Assembly: GCF_009914755.1 (NCBI RefSeq)
Contig: NC_060927.1
Reading direction: 5' to 3' (one strand)
DNA length: 64,000 nucleotides
From: the human T2T-CHM13v2.0 reference genome, Homo sapiens
Positions 58,621 through 64,000 of the stretch are shown here, in pieces. Numbering within the stretch: position 1 is the first letter of the stretch; each line of letters begins with the position of its first letter. The position numbers and the translations under genes are program-made. The notes under the pieces are model-generated. The model had not been told where the DNA came from and made no database searches. It saw nothing but the letters and a program-made list of their open reading frames with translations.

Positions 58621-59439
58621 CTGTTGCTTCAGACAAAGCCACAGGACCTCAGCCATGGATTATCTGATTCAAAATGACTTTAACAGTTAAATTCTGACAG
58701 TTGAGACTTGCAATTTTCCCTAAAAATTATTTCATTAATTTGTGAACCTTTTTCTTCTACCTCTTGATCTGAAAGCCAAACAGCCAAACAAGCAGGAACC
58801 ATGACAGTGTTCATTCCAGTTCAGCTAAAGACATGCATTAAAACAAAATAATTTGGTTGTGTATCACCAACCAAGTATCACAAGCAGTTCATCGCTTTGG
58901 CAGAAAGTAATAGCTTTTAAATAAAAATCCAGCTAACGTTTTTGATCAAACTATAGTAGTTACAAAAGGAATTTATTTCCTCTTATAAATCAGAGTAATA
59001 CCTCAGCCCTGGAGGGCTAAACTCTCTTTTATTTCTCAACTTTTTGAATATGCTGGTCTCTCTTGTCTCTGAAACATCCTCCCATCAAACTTCCACTATC
59101 CTTGTCTTCACAGACAACCTTTAGGTATCACTTTACATGTAATTTCCTCTGAAAATCTTTCTTCCATTCTGCCACTCATCTTCCAATTCCCAAGAAAGCA
59201 CTTTACTCATAGCACAAGGTATTTAACCTGCCATAGAGTGCATCTATCTGTGAAGTAATGACCAGTTTTCCTCTCTGAAGCCCACTAGCTCATGAGTTCA
59301 TAAATATAAGGAGTGCTTTCTAAATAAAAGTAGCTTGACACCTAGCATGGCTTACATGCTCAAAGCGGTTACACAGTGAGTGAGTTACACTTGCTTTCAG
59401 TTCCCATGAAGCCTCACCTAGATTAGGAGATAGCACCCG

Positions 59440-59640
59440 TACTCAGAAAGGCCTGGGATGGAATCCTAATTTACCTCCTCTGTGACTTTTGGCAAATTGC
59501 CTAACCTCTGTAATCTTCTGTTTCCTCATTTGTGTTAAAACATTAATATTTACCTGTCAGTGATGTTGTGCCACTAAATGAGATGTAAGTCAATTGCTTG
59601 GTATTTTATATAGCAAATGGTAAGCATTCAATAGCTGGGA
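59440..59640 (+). mobile_element. MIR
   Basis: TGTGACTTTTGGCAAATTGCCTAACCTCTGT...TTTCCTCATTTGT...GCATTCAATA. Confidence 0.75.
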
Positions 59641-59749
59641 AGTGGATTCTACTGCCACTTCTCAACAGAGGGTACTTGGAATCATATTAATACTTATAAT
59701 GTATTTATTCCTACTATCACAGCAGTCTGAGAGGCTGAATATATAAAGT

Positions 59750-60315
59750 ACTGGTTCTCAAACTTTTGCATGTATTAGAATGCACAGAGTACATATATAT
59801 ATACGGGCCCTAGCTCTAAAATTTCTGATTAAGTAGGTATAGGGCGGGGTCCAAGAATTTGCATTTCTGACAGTCTCCTAGATGACACTAATACTACACT
59901 GATGGGCCTGGCACCAACCTTTGAGAACTGATTCTTGCTTTCTTCACATCTCCCTCAGCCCAGACAGCTGCACATGGGAGTCACTCAAAAAGCTTTCAAA
60001 ATTACTAATGTGTGAGTCCCATACTATAGATTTCTAGTTTAATAATAGGTCTAGGGTTCAGCCTGAGCATTAGTGTTTTGAAAGTTTCCCAAGTGATTCT
60101 AATGAGAAGCCAAGGTTGAGAACTGGGGCCCCAGGTGCATGTCAATGAAGCCTTGCATCTCAAAGTGTGGTTTTCAGACTAGCGGCATCCACATCACCAG
60201 GAAGCTTGTTAGAAATGCGCAAACTCAGACCCCACCTGGACCTGACTAATCAGAATCTGCATTTTAAATAAGATCTTCCAAAGGATTCTTGTTCACGTAA
60301 AGTTTGAGAAGCTCT
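59750..60315. mobile_element. Three adjacent MER5A/MER5B MITEs (~59750-59930, ~59965-60125, ~60150-60315)
   Basis: GGTTCTCAAACTTT...TTTGAGAAC; CCCAAGTGATTCTAATG...GGTTGAGAAC; CTCAAAGTGTGG...AAAGTTTGAGAAGC. Confidence 0.8.
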
Positions 60316-61012
60316 GAAACACGGAGTCCTCTCACCCAGCTCACATCAGAGGAAGTATTACCAGATCTTACCTTTGCTTCAGGGATTTTCTTTCCTAAAA
60401 GACCAGGATTTAAGACAAAATGAGGAACTCATTACCTATGACCTTTCCCCCAAAACAGGGGTTTTTACTCCTACATTGCAGGCATGAGTCTGAGAACCCT
60501 TCACTCATTGTCCCCATCCTTTTCTCCTCTCTATCTTCTCAGACTCAGTTTTCATCTCCAGACACAGCCTTCATCACACCTATTTATTAATGCCAAGGAT
60601 TCATACTCTGATTCAAGTAAAGACAGGAGGCAGGATCAATGTCTTAGTAAAATTCAGAAAAATGAAACTCCTCTTTTAAAATATGTTAGCACCTGGTTTC
60701 TCCCTAAATTACCCTAACACACAAATGTGTTGAGTATTAAAATAAAATCTTTATCCACTACAGGCTGGAAAGTGGAAAGTAACATTGAAGGGATGCCTAA
60801 TGATTTGGAAAAAGAAAAAGATCCAGCTGCATTAGTGAAGAAATTATGAGGTGTCTATGACCAGAGAAACATGAAATGTGCTAATTGAATGCCCTCAGAT
60901 GCCATTATCAGTGAGGCCCCTCCAGAGCCAGCAGCACAGGCTCATCTGAGCAGAAACCTGAGCTAACAGCAAAGAGAACTGTCTTGATGGCCTAAGTAGG
61001 GTTCTAGGGTGC

Positions 61013-61023
61013 ATGAGTCAGCA
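61013..61023 (+). promoter_or_regulatory. ARE/NF-E2 (CNC-sMaf) and AP-1 composite motif
   Basis: ATGAGTCAGCA matches RTGASTCAGCA; motif only. Confidence 0.35.
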
Positions 61024-61239
61024 GGCGAGCGTCCTTGTGCATGGGAGTTCATTAGGAATCTTCCATAATCAAGAGTGAAAATCACCTCTGGTTGAGTGTG
61101 CCATTATGTATTTGAAACCCAGAGAGAGGACAAGTTTTATTTTTAGAGAGAACAATAACAGCCATATTAGGAATACGTGCATGCACACATTGCAGTCATG
61201 TACACACGCACACACCCACACACACTCCAAATCACAACT

Positions 61240-61430
61240 CTTGTTACTCCAAATGTATTCCATGAACCAGTAGCATCAGCATCATCTGACCCCACCCTGT
61301 ACCTACAGTTTACGCATCTGCATTTTAACAAGATGCTCAGGTCATTTGACGCACTTTAAAGTTCGAAAAGAATTACTATAGACCAGTGGTTCACAGCTTT
61401 GGCTGTGCACTAGAATCACTCAGGAATTTC
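61240..61430. mobile_element. MER5A/MER5B fragments
   Basis: ATCTGCATTTTAACAAGATGCTCAGGT; CCAGTGGTT...CACTAGAATCAC. Confidence 0.7.
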
Positions 61431-61584
61431 AATATGCAGCAAATTTTGACAGCCAATGGTCTAAAATCAAAGATAAAATTATGCCCTCTCTTTTCCCTTC
61501 AAATTGAGCCCTTTCACCACTTTTAAAACAGGTCTTTGATGTGCAAGAGAAATGCTTTAACACTGCTATTGAAAGATAACTCTT

Positions 61585-61624
61585 AGACAAGATCAGGTGC
61601 ATTCAGGGTGGTATGGCCATAGAC
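61585..61624 (-). pseudogene. 5S rRNA 5' fragment (nt 1-40), tailless retro-copy
   Basis: Reverse complement GTCTATGGCCATACCACCCTGAATGCACCTGATCTTGTCT vs 5S GTCTACGGCCATACCACCCTGAACGCGCCCGATCTCGTCT: 35/40 identical. Confidence 0.92.
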
Positions 61625-62304
61625 AGCTAATGGCTCCTCTAAAGACTAACTTTATTCTCTTCTAGTAATTATGTCTTTAGCTATAAGCTTACTGAGAATA
61701 CAAACCGTGACTTACTTTGTATAATATCAGATTTCAGGCAAACCAAAGGGCTTGGGCCAGCATCAATGCTTAACCAATGTTTGTAATTAATGATAAATTA
61801 CTGATAATAAGTGAAAGCTCAGAATTCTGCCTTCTCTGTGCTATTCATTTTTTTGTACATTTCAATTATGGAAGACATTGTTAGGATTATATCTCTTCAT
61901 AAATATTAGAAGCTCTTTGAAATGCAGGAACACATTACTTCTTCTCCCCCCCATCCAAATATATAATATATTAATAAATACAGAGCATATATTCAGTGAC
62001 TCTAAATCTCATTTAATATCCTTAAGTTTTGATGAAACTAGAAGGCAGGATTTTTACATAAGAACATTTGAATTTTTGTAATTATGAAGCATGCATTACT
62101 GGGAGTTTGCTGCATTTTACATAAGAACTTTTTAATTAATGAGAATTCCTCAGGAATGAAAAAACAGCTGTCAATAATAATTTTCTTAAAACTAATGTCT
62201 TCTAAGATATGTCATAGATTTAGAATATATTCAACAGAGTACACTGCACTTTACTTTCTATAAATCTGTGCAGTGAGTTTCTGTGTTTGGAATGATTACA
62301 CTAG

Positions 62305-62512
62305 ACAAGGGGTTGGCAAATGTTTTCTGTAAAGGACCAGGTAGTAATTTTTTTTTCTTTGTTTCACCAGCCATGCAGCCTCTGTCACACCTATCTACTC
62401 TGATATTGAAAACAGCCGTAGACAATAAGTAAGCAAATTCTTGTACTTGTGTCCTAAAAAACATTATGAGAACAGGTGGATTTGGCCCACAGGATATAGT
62501 TTTTCAACCCCT
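62305..62512. mobile_element. MER58A
   Basis: AGGGGTTGGCAAATGTTTTCTGTAAAGGACCAG...GGATTTGGCCCACAGG...TTTTCAACCCCT (terminal inverted repeats). Confidence 0.85.
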
Positions 62513-63859
62513 ACAGCTGGATTATGTTAAGAGGTAAATGTGGAGTAAATTATACTTACAAAGGCAAAATAAATTAGTTTTGGTAGAAACTAGAGTATAA
62601 ACAACTGCCAAACAATGCAAACACACATACTTAGATACTATTTTCACAGAGAAAAGGAAACTATAAATCCTTACCAAATCTTTCAGAGCTAATGTGGGGG
62701 TGGAGAGTGAGAAAATGCTCTGTTAACTTGTAACCTTAAGAAATATATAATTAACCAGGACATGATATTACTCAAATAGTCATATTATTCACAATTTTCT
62801 GTAAAGATCGTAGCAACAAAAGACTGTAGGATGACTTCTTCTCCACTATGGAGAGAATCAAGTGATGACTTCAGTAAGTGAACTGGAAACATAACCCACC
62901 TTAGTTTTCCAGCGGAAGTAGGGCAACGAGAAAGTCAGCCAGGAGCTGATGGAAACACCTATAGTCAAAATAATGTCTGTTATACTGTAAAAGCTCTTAG
63001 TCTTTTGATTTGTGCATTGATCAAAGACCATTTCAGGGTTGAAACTGTTGAATCCTAAGTGGATAGGTAAAGAGCTTCAGGTTCCCTGGTAATTTGGAGA
63101 TTCCTTCCCTCAGAGGACATAGTAATTAGCCAGGAGGATACTCAGCCAAACCTAGTATGCTATTGTGGGTCTCTTAACAATGTCTAACTCAATGGCCTTC
63201 ACCACTCATGACACCAAATGCACACACAAGAAAATGGATTTCTCTAGCAAATAAGATGTTAAAATATTAGCTTGGTCTTAACAGATGGTCCTCCAAGTTT
63301 AATCTGGTTTGATAATTTCAGAAGACATAAATTTTTGTTTGATCAGAATTGATTATCAGAGCACACTCCTGGTTAAATATTCTGGATTTGAAAAAGAAAT
63401 TTAGTTTCACTCAGGGGTTCAGCAAGCTGGTGTCTGGTTTGTTGTTGTGATGGTGGTAGTGGTTTTCTTGTGGGGTTCGGTTTAAGACCCACCTATTAAG
63501 CTCTTTACCATCTCCTTCTTTCTTCCTCATTCTAGAAGTATTTCTCCTCCAGAGCAGAAGGTGTTTAAACAACACGTGCTAATGAGCTAGAAAGAAGCAT
63601 CTATTAATTTGGTAACGGACAAGCAGTAGTTACATATTTCGGCCTGAGAATTGGATGTTGCTTTAGAGGCGATGAAGAATCTCTAAGGAAGTTTCTTAGA
63701 TTTAAACCTCCCTTACAATTTCTGGCTTCATGTTAAATATGTAACAGTTTCCCTCTCATACCATTTTGTGGAAATTGGTAATGTAGATGGCCATTTACAA
63801 AATGGGAACTGGGGTGAATACACACATGACTTTGCCTGGGACATCTCACATTTCTATGC

Positions 63860-64000
63860 CAATTATTTTATTAAATTCTCACAATATCCCTTGGAGAGTT
63901 TACCTTTGGTTTTCACTTTATAGATGAGGAAACTTAGTATAAGAGAACTGGAGTTACATGGATTGTAAATAGCAAAACCTAGATCTTAACCTATGAGAAT
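63860..64000 (-). mobile_element. MIR fragment
   Basis: TTTATAGATGAGGAAACTTAG core. Confidence 0.65.

Noticed and set aside
62790-62880. Possible exon ending at CA|GTAAGT
   Set aside because: Isolated donor-like motif with no convincing acceptor or open frame.

Overview
Primate (human or great-ape-like) AT-rich, repeat-dense genomic DNA, intergenic or deep intronic. I can support no host protein-coding exon and there is no prokaryote-type system here. Well over half of the window is transposon-derived. It holds two complete MaLR proviruses (THE1A 1865-4427, MSTA 10329-12786), about ten Alus with target-site duplications (TSDs), and a degraded ~7 kb ancient L1M (21585-28580). A full-length but inactivated L1PA2-type LINE-1 (37553-43585) is the innermost layer of a four-level nest (MIR > MER6A > L1PA7-like > L1PA2). 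L2, MIR, MLT1/MST, LTR33-like and hAT MER fossils are scattered throughout. All long ORFs in the track are L1 or MaLR remnants. The most notable unexplained structures are a tiny L1 insertion carrying an apparent 3' transduction (34702-34894), a tail-to-tail L1 hairpin with abutting TSDs (44107-44365), an inverted pair of old L1 3' ends sharing apparent private variants (301-1845), a tailless 5S rRNA retro-fragment whose only changes are CpG decay (61585-61624), a duplicated AP-1 cassette (29252-29349) and a CTCF-like, CpG-retaining element (~55850-56260). Subfamily names come from recalled consensus sequences, not from a database search. Boundaries of old repeats are approximate.
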